From positions 1-27,505 of the forward strand of contig JBFESZ010000018.1 in the NCBI GenBank assembly GCA_041548245.1: 27,505 nucleotides of DNA, read 5' to 3'. The notes under the pieces were generated by a model, which was not told the DNA's origin, searched no databases, and saw only the letters and a program-made list of their open reading frames with translations. Of this stretch, positions 8,746 to 17,681 are shown piece after piece. This DNA is from Sulfurimonadaceae bacterium. GTDB taxonomy: Bacteria > Campylobacterota > Campylobacteria > Campylobacterales > Sulfurimonadaceae. A program made the translations under genes and the position numbers. How positions within the stretch are numbered: position 1 is the stretch's first letter; every line of letters begins with the position of its first letter.

Positions 8746-9072
8746 TTAAGAAGGCGGTGAGATGCCTGAACGGGTTTTTAGATAGATGAAAAAAGTTTGC
8801 GGTTGGAACTTGAAGATCTGGGTGAGTCTGTAAAGCAGTCGTTTAAAATAGCAATTGCAATGGCATGATGATGTGCTTGGAGTATAAGCACTCTCTTGTA
8901 TAAGTTCAAGTTCCTCAAGAGGGTCGTCTTCCTCTTCGAGTGTCTCAAATGAGAAATTACGTGAAGATTGTGTGAATGAGACGCATTGGGCATGTAAAAT
9001 AACGGCAGAAGAGTAGGCACAAATAGCCGATAATGAAAAGTAGTTCTTGCCAAAACCTTTAGGTGTTCTCAT
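8746..9072 (-). CDS. Putative regulatory leader ORF (108 aa) with Cys cluster and C-terminal ...TRSGISPPS
   Basis: SD AGAGGGA before ATG 9072; directly after a canonical promoter; stop 42 nt before the receptor ATG. Confidence 0.65.
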   Translation of the reverse strand: MRTPKGFGKNYFSLSAICAYSSAVILHAQCVSFTQSSRNFSFETLEEEDDPLEELELIQESAYTPSTSSCHCNCYFKRLLYRLTQIFKFQPQTFFIYLKTRSGISPPS

Positions 9073-9095
9073 CTGTTCCCTCTTATAATTTCGCA

Positions 9096-9124
9096 ATCAT
9101 AGTCAAAAGCAGTTGTTTTGTCAA
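9096..9124 (-). promoter_or_regulatory. Sigma70 promoter TTGACA-N17-TATGAT for the leader ORF/receptor operon
   Basis: -35 TTGACA at 9124-9119, -10 TATGAT at 9101-9096, spacer exactly 17 nt. Confidence 0.7.
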
Positions 9125-9160
9125 TCATTGCCCAGCTGAGGCAGAAGAGTTAAAATACTG

Positions 9161-9514
9161 TCAGTTGCTCTCTTTTAGTTTTAGTTCGTAGATATTTGGA
9201 TCTGGCGTAATAAAATAGAGCTCATAGAGGCCAATGGCATTTTTTTTCTTCACAACGGTCTGCATGCCTAAGGATTCCGCCTTTGCTTTTAAAGTCTCTA
9301 TAATTGAAAAGTCTATCGTTGTTATCTCCACAAGCAGATCACCTTTATATCCGGAGTAAGTTCGGATGTCACGGATAGGATAGTCCATCGCAAAACGAAT
9401 CATATCTCTGCGTACACCACAGAGGTCCAGATCAGATGAATGCAAAGCAGATATATTCGATTCTCTGTCCCAGGATGTAGGGGTATGGTCTATATTTTGA
9501 TTCTCATCAGGCAT
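9161..9514 (-). CDS. Hypothetical protein
   Basis: 117 aa; strong SD AAGGAG and a TATACT -10 upstream; no recognised motif. Confidence 0.7.
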   Translation of the reverse strand: MPDENQNIDHTPTSWDRESNISALHSSDLDLCGVRRDMIRFAMDYPIRDIRTYSGYKGDLLVEITTIDFSIIETLKAKAESLGMQTVVKKKNAIGLYELYFITPDPNIYELKLKESN

Positions 9515-9581
9515 ACTTCTTTACTCCTTGTTAGAGTTATCCTATAAGTATAACCTATATTTTAAAGATTTTACAGAGGGA

Positions 9582-10010
9582 TCAGCTGTTTTGACATCCT
9601 TTCATTATCTCTCGCCAATTTATATCGAAGTGGGTTGCAATATAGGAGTCGTGATGAGGAACCAGACAGCCTGAACAGTCCTGGTGAATATTGTTCTCAT
9701 GTTCAAAGAGTGCACCGTCTTTGGAGTTGATGGAGCAGTGAGAGTGAATGTACTTGCCCTTTTTAGGCTCAGGTTTTATATTGAAACGAAAGTTAGGACA
9801 GGCACAAAGATAGCAGTTGAGGTCTTCCATATCATGGCATTTGGTATGGGTCTTATAGAGCTCGCAGAAACCTTGCTCTTTTTCAACCATATTTTCATAA
9901 CGAAAATAGGCAATGATTTCACTTTGGCTAAGCCCTTCATCAAGAAGCCTTTGCGTAAGCTGCTGATGTTTGTCTGCATGGGCTTCAAACCATTCACTAT
10001 AGCTTAACAT
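9582..10010 (-). CDS. Cysteine-rich small-domain (zf-like) metal-binding protein
   Basis: CELY..KCH..LNCYLCACP and HQDCSGCLVPH motifs; ATG at 10010 overlaps the upstream TAA (TAATG), preferred over 10031. Confidence 0.75.
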   Translation of the reverse strand: MLSYSEWFEAHADKHQQLTQRLLDEGLSQSEIIAYFRYENMVEKEQGFCELYKTHTKCHDMEDLNCYLCACPNFRFNIKPEPKKGKYIHSHCSINSKDGALFEHENNIHQDCSGCLVPHHDSYIATHFDINWREIMKGCQNS

Positions 10011-10705
10011 TATTGTCCGAGGGTATTCCACATCACCTGTGCACCTTTGGTATTATAGACGGCCGGTGTCCCTCGCACTCCAAACTCATTGGCAAGGGTC
10101 TTGTTCTTCTCTATCTTCTGTGCGAAAAGTTCATGTATCTGTTGGTTCATTGCATGTCGTTCATAGCTGGTATCGCCGTGAGCCATGTCTAAAAGAGCTT
10201 TGGCCTTAGCTTGTTGATCTTTTTGTTTCATCACATGGTATGACATCTGAACAGCATTGCTGTGATGAGAAAGGGGCATGAAGAAGACATAGAGTTTTAC
10301 CTTTTTCTCCAGAGTAGGCCACATCTTTTCGAACTTGACACAATAAGGGCATTGAGGATCAGTAAAGACAATATACTCATCTTTACCGCTTCCGTAGACG
10401 ATATCAGCATCCCTGCGAATAGCCTCCATATCCAGCGGACGTTTGAAATTTTCACCTGTAGATGCATCCATAGCCTCACCTAGCAGTACTACTTTTTTAT
10501 CCTTCGTGAGAAAGGTTGTCGTCAGCTGCTTACCACGTGAAGTGGCAATCTCAAGTTGCAGTTCATAGATTGGACCATGGTCATAGGCTTTGACAATAGT
10601 GATATTGGATTGAGAGAACATCGGTATAGACTTGAAAGGTTTTGGATCAATGTCCCCTGCCAATACAGAGCCGATCAGCACAAGAAGTGAAAAGTAGATC
10701 TTCAT
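10010..10705 (-). CDS. Exported DsbC/DsbG-family thiol:disulfide oxidoreductase
   Basis: Signal peptide, N-terminal dimerisation-like region, VFTDPQCPYC active site, GVRGTP cis-Pro loop. Confidence 0.88.
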   Translation of the reverse strand: MKIYFSLLVLIGSVLAGDIDPKPFKSIPMFSQSNITIVKAYDHGPIYELQLEIATSRGKQLTTTFLTKDKKVVLLGEAMDASTGENFKRPLDMEAIRRDADIVYGSGKDEYIVFTDPQCPYCVKFEKMWPTLEKKVKLYVFFMPLSHHSNAVQMSYHVMKQKDQQAKAKALLDMAHGDTSYERHAMNQQIHELFAQKIEKNKTLANEFGVRGTPAVYNTKGAQVMWNTLGQ

Positions 10706-10738
10706 AGGATTCCTTTTTGAGTTTGTTTGAGTCTAAAA

Positions 10739-13700
10739 CTAGACATTATAATAGGTCGCATTAGGATGGTAGACCACGAGTGCAGAAGTACTTTGCTCCG
10801 GATGGATCTGGAAGGTCTCGCTGAGCTCGATTCCAAACTCTTCGGGACGTAAAAGTTTAAACAGTGGTGTATTCAATTCAAGATCCGGACAGGCAGGATA
10901 CCCGAAAGAGTATCGTGCTCCTTGGTATTTGTTCATGCGTACATCAGAGAGAACAGGCTTCTCATCCTCACAGATATTTAGGTCAAGCCGTATCTGTTTG
11001 TGCACGATCTCTGCCAATGCTTCGGCCAATTCGACACCCAGCCCATGCACCATGTAATATTCGGTATATTCACCCTTGTCATATAGTGTCTTCTCATAAG
11101 CACTCAGCTTGCTTCCGGCAGAGACACAGGTCATAGGCAGGACATCATGGCGGTCACGATGAAAAAAGTCCGAGAGTGCACGGTGCGGCTTCTTACTTTG
11201 GCGTGGGAAAGTAAATTGATGTTCGGCTCTTCCTATGACCTCTTTTAAAGGTTCTGTATTGATATCGTTTTCGGAGTTGTAGCCTTCACTTTCATCAAAG
11301 ACGAGGAGGCTGGTGTCATCCGAGCGTACAGGGAAATAACCGTAGATGACCGTCGGCTCAAAAAGACCTTCGTCGAGAAACTGCTGTTTTATGCGTTCGT
11401 AGGCCGGCCATACTTTGGTTTCGAGTTGTTTCTCATACTCTTCTTTGCTCAGTCCTTTTGAGTTATACCCCCAACGCTGTTTAAAAAGCATCTTATGGTT
11501 GATCCATTCAAAGGCTAACTCGATAGGAAAGTCTTTTCCGACTTCCATGACACGACGCCCCCAAAATGGAGGAATAGGCACTCTTACATCGCGCGATGGC
11601 ATTTTGATCTCTTCAAATGGAGGAATGATGATCTCTTTTTTCTCCTGCGGGGCTTTTTCAAGTCCGGCATCTCCATGGAGGTTTGTATCGAAGTTGCCTG
11701 CCTCGATACGACTCATCGCGGTGACCCCGTCAAAGGCATCTTTACAGTAGAAAATAGGGCCGTCATAATTAGGACGGCAGAAGTCATCGATAAAGCTGCG
11801 TGTAAGGGCTGCCCCTCCGAGAAGAACAGGAATGGTTATACCGGCCTCTTTCATCGCTTCAAGGTTCTCTTTCATGACCTGAGTTGACTTGACAAGCAGA
11901 CCGCTCATGCCTATGGCTGAGATGTTGGATTCTTTGAGCTCTTTCAAAAAGATATCGAGTTCGACTTTTATCCCCAGGTTGATGACCTTAAAGCCATTAT
12001 TGGTCAGAATGATATCGACAAGGTTTTTCCCGACGTCATGCACATCCCCTTTGACCGTCCCCAAGGCGAGTGTTGTCACACTTGTTTTTTCTGTCTTTGG
12101 AAGATAGGGGTTGAGATAATCCACTGTTGCTTTCATAGTCTCCGCTGATTGAAGTACGAAAGGCAGCTGCATCTGACCCGAACCGAAAAGTTCACCGACC
12201 ACTTTCATTGCGTCGATGAGGATCTCATTGACGATACGTTCAGGTGCGATATGGTGGCGTGCCTCTTCGACAAGAGGGATCATTCGCTCTTTGTCACCAT
12301 CCATTAGCAGTTTGGATATCTTCTCTTCGTCGTTTAGGGCATTATAGGCCTCGTCTTCTGCTTCATTGTCAACCGCCTCCTTAGATGAGAAGTGTTCGAT
12401 AAAGTCAAAAAGAGCCTGCCCATCCGGCTTTTTATCAAAGAGAAGGTTATTGCATATATCCTGATCTTCTTGCGAGATCTTGTTCAGCGGAATGATATGC
12501 TTGACATTGATGATGACTGAGGTCAGTCCTGCTTTGATACAGTGGTCTAAAAATATCGAGTTCAGATACGGTCTGGCATCTTTGTCAAGACCAAAAGAGA
12601 TGTTGGATAGGCCAAGAGTCGTTCCGACTTCAGGATGGCGAGTACGAAGTTCACGGATGGCTTCAATCGTCTGAATGGCTGCATCGCGGTACTCTTCATC
12701 TCCGGAACCAAGGGTAAAGGTCAATACGTCAAAGACCAAGTCTTCGGGATTGATGCCGTGCAGTTTGGTCGCTCGTTCATAGATACGTTCGGCGACTTCT
12801 ATCTTGGTCTCAAGGGTTTTTGCCATCCCGACTTCATCGATGGTAAGACAGACAAGCGAGGCACCGAACTTTTTTGCCAGTGAACAGATGACATCAAACT
12901 TTTCAATCCCGTCTTCAAGGTTAACCGAGTTGATGATAGGTTTACCACCAATCATTTTTAGGGCTGCTTCAAGGGCTGCGGTCTGTGTTGAGTCGGGCAT
13001 TAGAGGAAGGGATATCTTTTGGGCATACAGGGCCATGACTTTGTTCATGTCTGTCGTTTCATCGCGTCCTGCAAAACCGACCGAGACATCCAGGACATGT
13101 GCCCCCGCACGGACCTGCTGCTGTCCGACACTCAGTGTCCCCTCATAATCTTCAGCGAGTAAAAGTTCTCTAAAGGCTTTTGAACCGGTCGCGTTTGAAC
13201 GTTCACCGATCAGTAAAGGAGCAGGGTCCTGCATCAAAGGAACGGTATTGAAAAGAGAGGCCAGAGATGTTGGTTGGGAACCTTTTGGTTCTTTTGGGAC
13301 AATAGATGAGACTTTGTTGACCATCGCGCGTATGTGTTGAGGTGTTGTACCACAACATCCTCCTAAAAAGGCGACGCCGTCATACTCTAAAAAGCCTTCC
13401 TGTTTTTCGGCGAATTCATCGGGTCCCATCGGATAGTAGGTATATCCGCCACGGTTTTGAGGCAGACCGGCATTGGCATGGATAGAAATGGGTTTTCCCC
13501 ATACTTCAGAGAGGGTCTTGATGTGTTTTCCATACTGTTCCGGTCCTGTTCCACAGTTGAAACCCAGAGAGATGATATCAAATGGCTCCAGGATAGTAGC
13601 GATGGTCTGTGCATCGGTTCCTATGAGCATCGTCCCGGCAAGTTCGATGGTAACAGAGACCATGATGGGAAGTTCAGTTCCTCGTTCCTTGTTAGCTGCT

Positions 13701-14233
13701 TCACAGGCATGCAGGGCTGCTTTAATCTGAAGCGGGTCCTGACAGGTCTCAAGCAGGAATACATCGGTTCCGCCATCGATCAATGCCAAGGCACATTCGG
13801 TATATCCTTCGAGCATCTCATCATAGTGGATATGGCCAAGGGATGGAAGTTTTGTCCCTGGTCCAATTGAACCAAGAACGAAACGCGGATGCTCGGGTGT
13901 CGAGAACTTATCGCATTGGCGTTTTACAATCTCGGCTCCTGCTTTGGTAAGCTCATAAGCACGGTGGCCGATCTGGTACTCGTCTAGTACCCAGCTGAAG
14001 GAGCCGAAGGTATTGGTCGTGATAAGGTCAGCTCCGGCAGTCAGATAGGCATGAAAGATCTCTTCGAGGATTTCAGGAGCAGTGACGTTAAGCAGCTCAT
14101 TACAGCCTTCATTACCTTCCCACTGCCCTTGTGTGATTCGATCGGATCGTTCCTGAAGCTGGGTTCCCATAGCACCGTCAATGATCAGTGGACGTTTTTT
14201 GATGGTGTCTAATATATATTGTTTGACTGACAT
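10739..14233 (-). CDS. metH: Cobalamin-dependent methionine synthase
   Basis: DGAMGT, GFNC and GGCCGT (Hcy/Zn domain); IGERSN pterin domain; GDVHDVGKNLV B12 motif; SGLL; RYSFGYPACPD activation domain. Confidence 0.98.
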   Translation of the reverse strand: MSVKQYILDTIKKRPLIIDGAMGTQLQERSDRITQGQWEGNEGCNELLNVTAPEILEEIFHAYLTAGADLITTNTFGSFSWVLDEYQIGHRAYELTKAGAEIVKRQCDKFSTPEHPRFVLGSIGPGTKLPSLGHIHYDEMLEGYTECALALIDGGTDVFLLETCQDPLQIKAALHACEAANKERGTELPIMVSVTIELAGTMLIGTDAQTIATILEPFDIISLGFNCGTGPEQYGKHIKTLSEVWGKPISIHANAGLPQNRGGYTYYPMGPDEFAEKQEGFLEYDGVAFLGGCCGTTPQHIRAMVNKVSSIVPKEPKGSQPTSLASLFNTVPLMQDPAPLLIGERSNATGSKAFRELLLAEDYEGTLSVGQQQVRAGAHVLDVSVGFAGRDETTDMNKVMALYAQKISLPLMPDSTQTAALEAALKMIGGKPIINSVNLEDGIEKFDVICSLAKKFGASLVCLTIDEVGMAKTLETKIEVAERIYERATKLHGINPEDLVFDVLTFTLGSGDEEYRDAAIQTIEAIRELRTRHPEVGTTLGLSNISFGLDKDARPYLNSIFLDHCIKAGLTSVIINVKHIIPLNKISQEDQDICNNLLFDKKPDGQALFDFIEHFSSKEAVDNEAEDEAYNALNDEEKISKLLMDGDKERMIPLVEEARHHIAPERIVNEILIDAMKVVGELFGSGQMQLPFVLQSAETMKATVDYLNPYLPKTEKTSVTTLALGTVKGDVHDVGKNLVDIILTNNGFKVINLGIKVELDIFLKELKESNISAIGMSGLLVKSTQVMKENLEAMKEAGITIPVLLGGAALTRSFIDDFCRPNYDGPIFYCKDAFDGVTAMSRIEAGNFDTNLHGDAGLEKAPQEKKEIIIPPFEEIKMPSRDVRVPIPPFWGRRVMEVGKDFPIELAFEWINHKMLFKQRWGYNSKGLSKEEYEKQLETKVWPAYERIKQQFLDEGLFEPTVIYGYFPVRSDDTSLLVFDESEGYNSENDINTEPLKEVIGRAEHQFTFPRQSKKPHRALSDFFHRDRHDVLPMTCVSAGSKLSAYEKTLYDKGEYTEYYMVHGLGVELAEALAEIVHKQIRLDLNICEDEKPVLSDVRMNKYQGARYSFGYPACPDLELNTPLFKLLRPEEFGIELSETFQIHPEQSTSALVVYHPNATYYNV

Positions 14234-14246
14234 GAAACTCTTTTTT

Positions 14247-14313
14247 AAAAATACTTATATTTATGCAGAAACACCAATTATGCCGCTGCATAAATACAGT
14301 AATCGTGATTTTA
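14247..14313 (-). promoter_or_regulatory. metH promoter (-10 TAAAAT) and leader hairpin followed by a U5 tract
   Basis: -10 at 14313-14308; perfect 11-bp inverted repeat TATTTATGCAG/CTGCATAAATA (14258-14268 and 14286-14296); TTTTT at 14251-14247 on the minus strand. Confidence 0.5.
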
Positions 14314-14461
14314 GCCAATTTGAGCATAAATTTTAATGAGGCTCAGTAGTTAGGTATATAAGGGTAATATAACTGTTATTTAATCCAATCATGAGTTGAA
14401 GAGTTGGGTATAAAAAATGGTAATATATAGCTGAAACAATCAAATCAAAGAGGATGTACGT

Positions 14462-16972
14462 ATGCAGAGTCTTCATAGTTTTGTTCTTGAACGTATTTTC
14501 AAGTCTGCTTTACTCCCGATTGTTTTGATTGAGTTGTTGCTTATAATATTGATCTTTGTCTTTGGATTTTTGCAAGAAGAAAAAAATGAACAGTTGCTTC
14601 AGAATATGGCTGCACAGAGCTTTGAAGAGGTCTCTTATCAGGTGACTGAACGCATGAATGCGAAGATCGAACGTGTTCAAAAGGATGCCTCAGCTTTGAA
14701 AGCAGTAATAGAGTCTCTTTTTAAAGAGAGCAGCTATTACAGTGATGCACATCTCTCCTTTATATTTGATGATGGTTTTTTTATCCGGGAAAATGGGGGA
14801 GCCGCTTCGATATATACGACAAACCTTCAAAGGCTAGATGAAAAAGACAGGGGAGTTTTGAAGATACTCTCCATGGCAGAAGTCTCTGTTGATTCGGTTA
14901 TGCAGCAGTACCAAGGGATTGTCGATTCGGCTTGGATCAATATCGGGAAACATTACTCTTTATATTACCCAAGCATTGTCGTCAAAGATGAGCTTTCTTC
15001 CAACCTTGATTCGACACAGCAGAGTTATTATTTCAAAGCAGATGTAGAACATAATCCGCAGAAAAGGACTATCTTCATACCTTTATTCCAAGAACCTTGG
15101 GCAATGGAGCTAGGCCAAATAGGTTCAGTCGTCGCACCGATTTATATCAAAGATGAGATGAAGGGTGTTGTCGGAATGACTTTAACAGCTCAAAATACAC
15201 AAGAGATCAGTGATATCACCCTGCCTTTTGAAGCTTATATCATCCTTTTGGGAGAGAAAGGCCATGTGCTTTTTGCATCAGATGAAGAAGCCTTTTACAA
15301 GGATTTTGGTATACACTCCTTTAACTCCCTGCATAAAAATTCCAAACATGGTCTATTAGAGCCTTTTGTCTGTTCACCGGGCGAAGAGTCGAATTTTCTA
15401 TTTTTTCAAAAGATGCTTAAAGATACAGGGCTAGAACTTGTCTTGATTGCTAAAAAGGATGTAATAAATAAAAAGATCAATGCGGTCTATCTTCAGACGA
15501 GGCAGTATGGGATCATCTCTTTGATTGTGATTGCATTGATTCACCTGATTTTGTTCTTTTTTATCCGAAAACAGGCTAAAGTAGTCAGCAACCTGATCTC
15601 TAAACCCGTAGGTGAGATTGCCAAGATATCCCAGATGCTTTTTGATGATAAGAGCCTTAACCTGCATAAAAGTGATATCCATGAGATCTCCATATTGCAG
15701 GTCAATCTTCGCAAGGCACATGCCAAACTGCTTGAACAGTTGTATTTTGATCTGCAGACGCACCTTCCTAATTTGAATAAACTGCAAATGGATATTGGGG
15801 AGAACTCAACACTGATACTCATCTGTGTTGAGAACTATAATATGGTGAAAAACATATATGGACCCAAGATCGCTGAAGAGGTACTGTTTGCATTGATAGA
15901 GATGCTTCAACAGTTTCCACGTTCACCGATGCAGCTTTACAGGGTAGATAACGATACATTTGCCTTACGTTCAGATGCGAAGGTTCATCTGCAGGATGAA
16001 CTTCAATATCTTTATAACCGCTTGTCGATCGAGCATATCCATCTGGATGAATTTGATATCGCATTGAACTATACCCTCTCTCTTGCTTTACCGTATGCGC
16101 AGAGCGAACTGCCTCTTTTTGCACGGGCGGATATCGCCCTTGATGAAGCACGAAGGCAAGAGCATATCAAATACCTTTCTTATGATGAGGGGCATAATGA
16201 GAAGGAGCTTTTCAAAGAGAATCAGGAGTGGGCGAAACGGTTTCAGTCTGCCTTGCATGAGCATAGAGTAGTACCGTTTTTTCAACCGATTTATGACATT
16301 AAAGAGAAAAAAGTCTGTAAGTTTGAGTGCCTGGTACGCATGATAGAAGGCGATGAGGTGATCCTTCCTTACTTGTTCTTGCATGTTGCCAAGAAGATGG
16401 GAAAACTGACCGATATAACCTTAATGATGTTACGTTCTGTCTTTAGTGTAGCTCAAAAGTATCCAGAGGTAGAATTTTCAATCAATACCTCTTTTGAGGA
16501 TTTTGAGGAGGCAAATCTTATGCAAGATATCCAGACGATGGTTTCAGAGTTTAACATCGATACGCACAAGATTATTATTGAGATTTTAGAGACGGGAAAG
16601 TATAAAGATGGAAAGGATGTGATTGTTATCATTGAAAAGTTAAAAAGACTGGGATTCAAGATAGCTATTGATGATTTCGGTACGGGAAATTCAAATTTTG
16701 CTCATCTGATGTTGATGGAAGCCGATTATATAAAGATCGATGGGCAGTTTGTACAAAAGATTGTAACCGATGTTCAGAGTCAAAATATCACAAAGACTAT
16801 CAACGCATTTGCACATATGACAGGAGCGAAGAGTGTTGCTGAGTTCGTCTGTGATATGGATGTTTTTGACAAGGTTTGTGAGCTGGGAGTGGATTATGTC
16901 CAGGGATATTATATAGATGAACCTAGGCCTGCTAGTGAGATCGGGAGAATGTTGGAAATAGAGCTGAAATGA
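14462..16972 (+). CDS. Membrane c-di-GMP phosphodiesterase: periplasmic Cache-like sensor, degenerate GGDEF, EAL
   Basis: Two TMs flanking a sensor domain; DLQTHLPN and RVDNDTF (degenerate GGDEF); FQPI, ECLVR, IDDFGTG, IKIDG, VAEFV, VQGYY. Confidence 0.9.
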   Translation: MQSLHSFVLERIFKSALLPIVLIELLLIILIFVFGFLQEEKNEQLLQNMAAQSFEEVSYQVTERMNAKIERVQKDASALKAVIESLFKESSYYSDAHLSFIFDDGFFIRENGGAASIYTTNLQRLDEKDRGVLKILSMAEVSVDSVMQQYQGIVDSAWINIGKHYSLYYPSIVVKDELSSNLDSTQQSYYFKADVEHNPQKRTIFIPLFQEPWAMELGQIGSVVAPIYIKDEMKGVVGMTLTAQNTQEISDITLPFEAYIILLGEKGHVLFASDEEAFYKDFGIHSFNSLHKNSKHGLLEPFVCSPGEESNFLFFQKMLKDTGLELVLIAKKDVINKKINAVYLQTRQYGIISLIVIALIHLILFFFIRKQAKVVSNLISKPVGEIAKISQMLFDDKSLNLHKSDIHEISILQVNLRKAHAKLLEQLYFDLQTHLPNLNKLQMDIGENSTLILICVENYNMVKNIYGPKIAEEVLFALIEMLQQFPRSPMQLYRVDNDTFALRSDAKVHLQDELQYLYNRLSIEHIHLDEFDIALNYTLSLALPYAQSELPLFARADIALDEARRQEHIKYLSYDEGHNEKELFKENQEWAKRFQSALHEHRVVPFFQPIYDIKEKKVCKFECLVRMIEGDEVILPYLFLHVAKKMGKLTDITLMMLRSVFSVAQKYPEVEFSINTSFEDFEEANLMQDIQTMVSEFNIDTHKIIIEILETGKYKDGKDVIVIIEKLKRLGFKIAIDDFGTGNSNFAHLMLMEADYIKIDGQFVQKIVTDVQSQNITKTINAFAHMTGAKSVAEFVCDMDVFDKVCELGVDYVQGYYIDEPRPASEIGRMLEIELK

Positions 16973-17646
16973 TCGAAAAAGACAGAATCAGAAAACTTCC
17001 GGTAAAGTTGAAACACTTTGTACAAAAGCTTCAAAATGAAAAAATTGAAGGGTATGTGACAAACTTTTACAGCGCTAAGCGTACGAATGCAAAACGTGCA
17101 AACCTTGAGAAGTATCTTTCATACATGTATGCGCAGGGAGCGGATACACTTTTGGTCGGTGAGGCTCCCGGCTACAATGGATGTCGTCTTACCGGTGTTC
17201 CTTTTACCTCTGAACATATTGTATGCTCTGGCGTAGGCAGGATAAAGTTGTTTGGGATTGAGAATGGTTATAAGGTCTCAAACAAAAGAGCCGCGAAAGA
17301 GCAAAGTGCGTCCGCTATGTGGGATCTCCTTGAATCATTTGATGCACTACCACTCCTATGGAATGCTTTTCCGTTTCATCCTTATCATCAAGGAGAAATT
17401 GACTCAAACAGAAAACCCAATGGCAAAGAATTGGAGATAGGAAAAGTTTATATAAGAGAACTTATAGACATTTTTGAAATCAAAGATGTCATCGCAATAG
17501 GCAATGTCGCAGATGATTTACTTCGAAGGATGCAGATATCGCATACAAAGGTAAGACACCCTTCCTACGGAGGCAAGGCTCTTTTTCGTGAGCAGTTGTT
17601 CTCTTATTACAAGGCAAAGTATCATGAACATGGGAGTAGCGCTTGA
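16969..17646 (+). CDS. Uracil-DNA glycosylase superfamily protein
   Basis: LLVGEAPGYNGCRLTGVPFTSE, WNAFPFHP, NRKP, RHPSYGG; ATGA overlap with the upstream gene. Confidence 0.85.
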   Translation: MIEKDRIRKLPVKLKHFVQKLQNEKIEGYVTNFYSAKRTNAKRANLEKYLSYMYAQGADTLLVGEAPGYNGCRLTGVPFTSEHIVCSGVGRIKLFGIENGYKVSNKRAAKEQSASAMWDLLESFDALPLLWNAFPFHPYHQGEIDSNRKPNGKELEIGKVYIRELIDIFEIKDVIAIGNVADDLLRRMQISHTKVRHPSYGGKALFREQLFSYYKAKYHEHGSSA

Positions 17647-17681
17647 GTATGCTATACTTATTAAAAAACAAAAGGACAAGG

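Noticed and set aside
8778-9053. Alternative-frame 91-aa ORF inside the leader ORF
   Set aside because: TTG start with no SD; fully nested in the better-supported frame.
9073-9096. ORF-track start at 9096 for the leader ORF
   Set aside because: It overlaps the -10 box; ATG 9072 has the SD.
8704-9160. Cobalamin riboswitch upstream of the TonB receptor
   Set aside because: Only AGGGAA is present, and it serves as the leader-ORF SD; no GGTG-AA-TCC, GCCACTG or B12-box elements, and the region is an open frame.
10864-13870. Many plus-strand ORFs within metH, and similar antisense or nested ORFs in other genes
   Set aside because: Shadow frames of well-supported genes with no independent signals.
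14234-14320. Known SAM or SAH riboswitch ahead of metH
   Set aside because: No recognisable conserved core; only a single long hairpin, reported as a finding.
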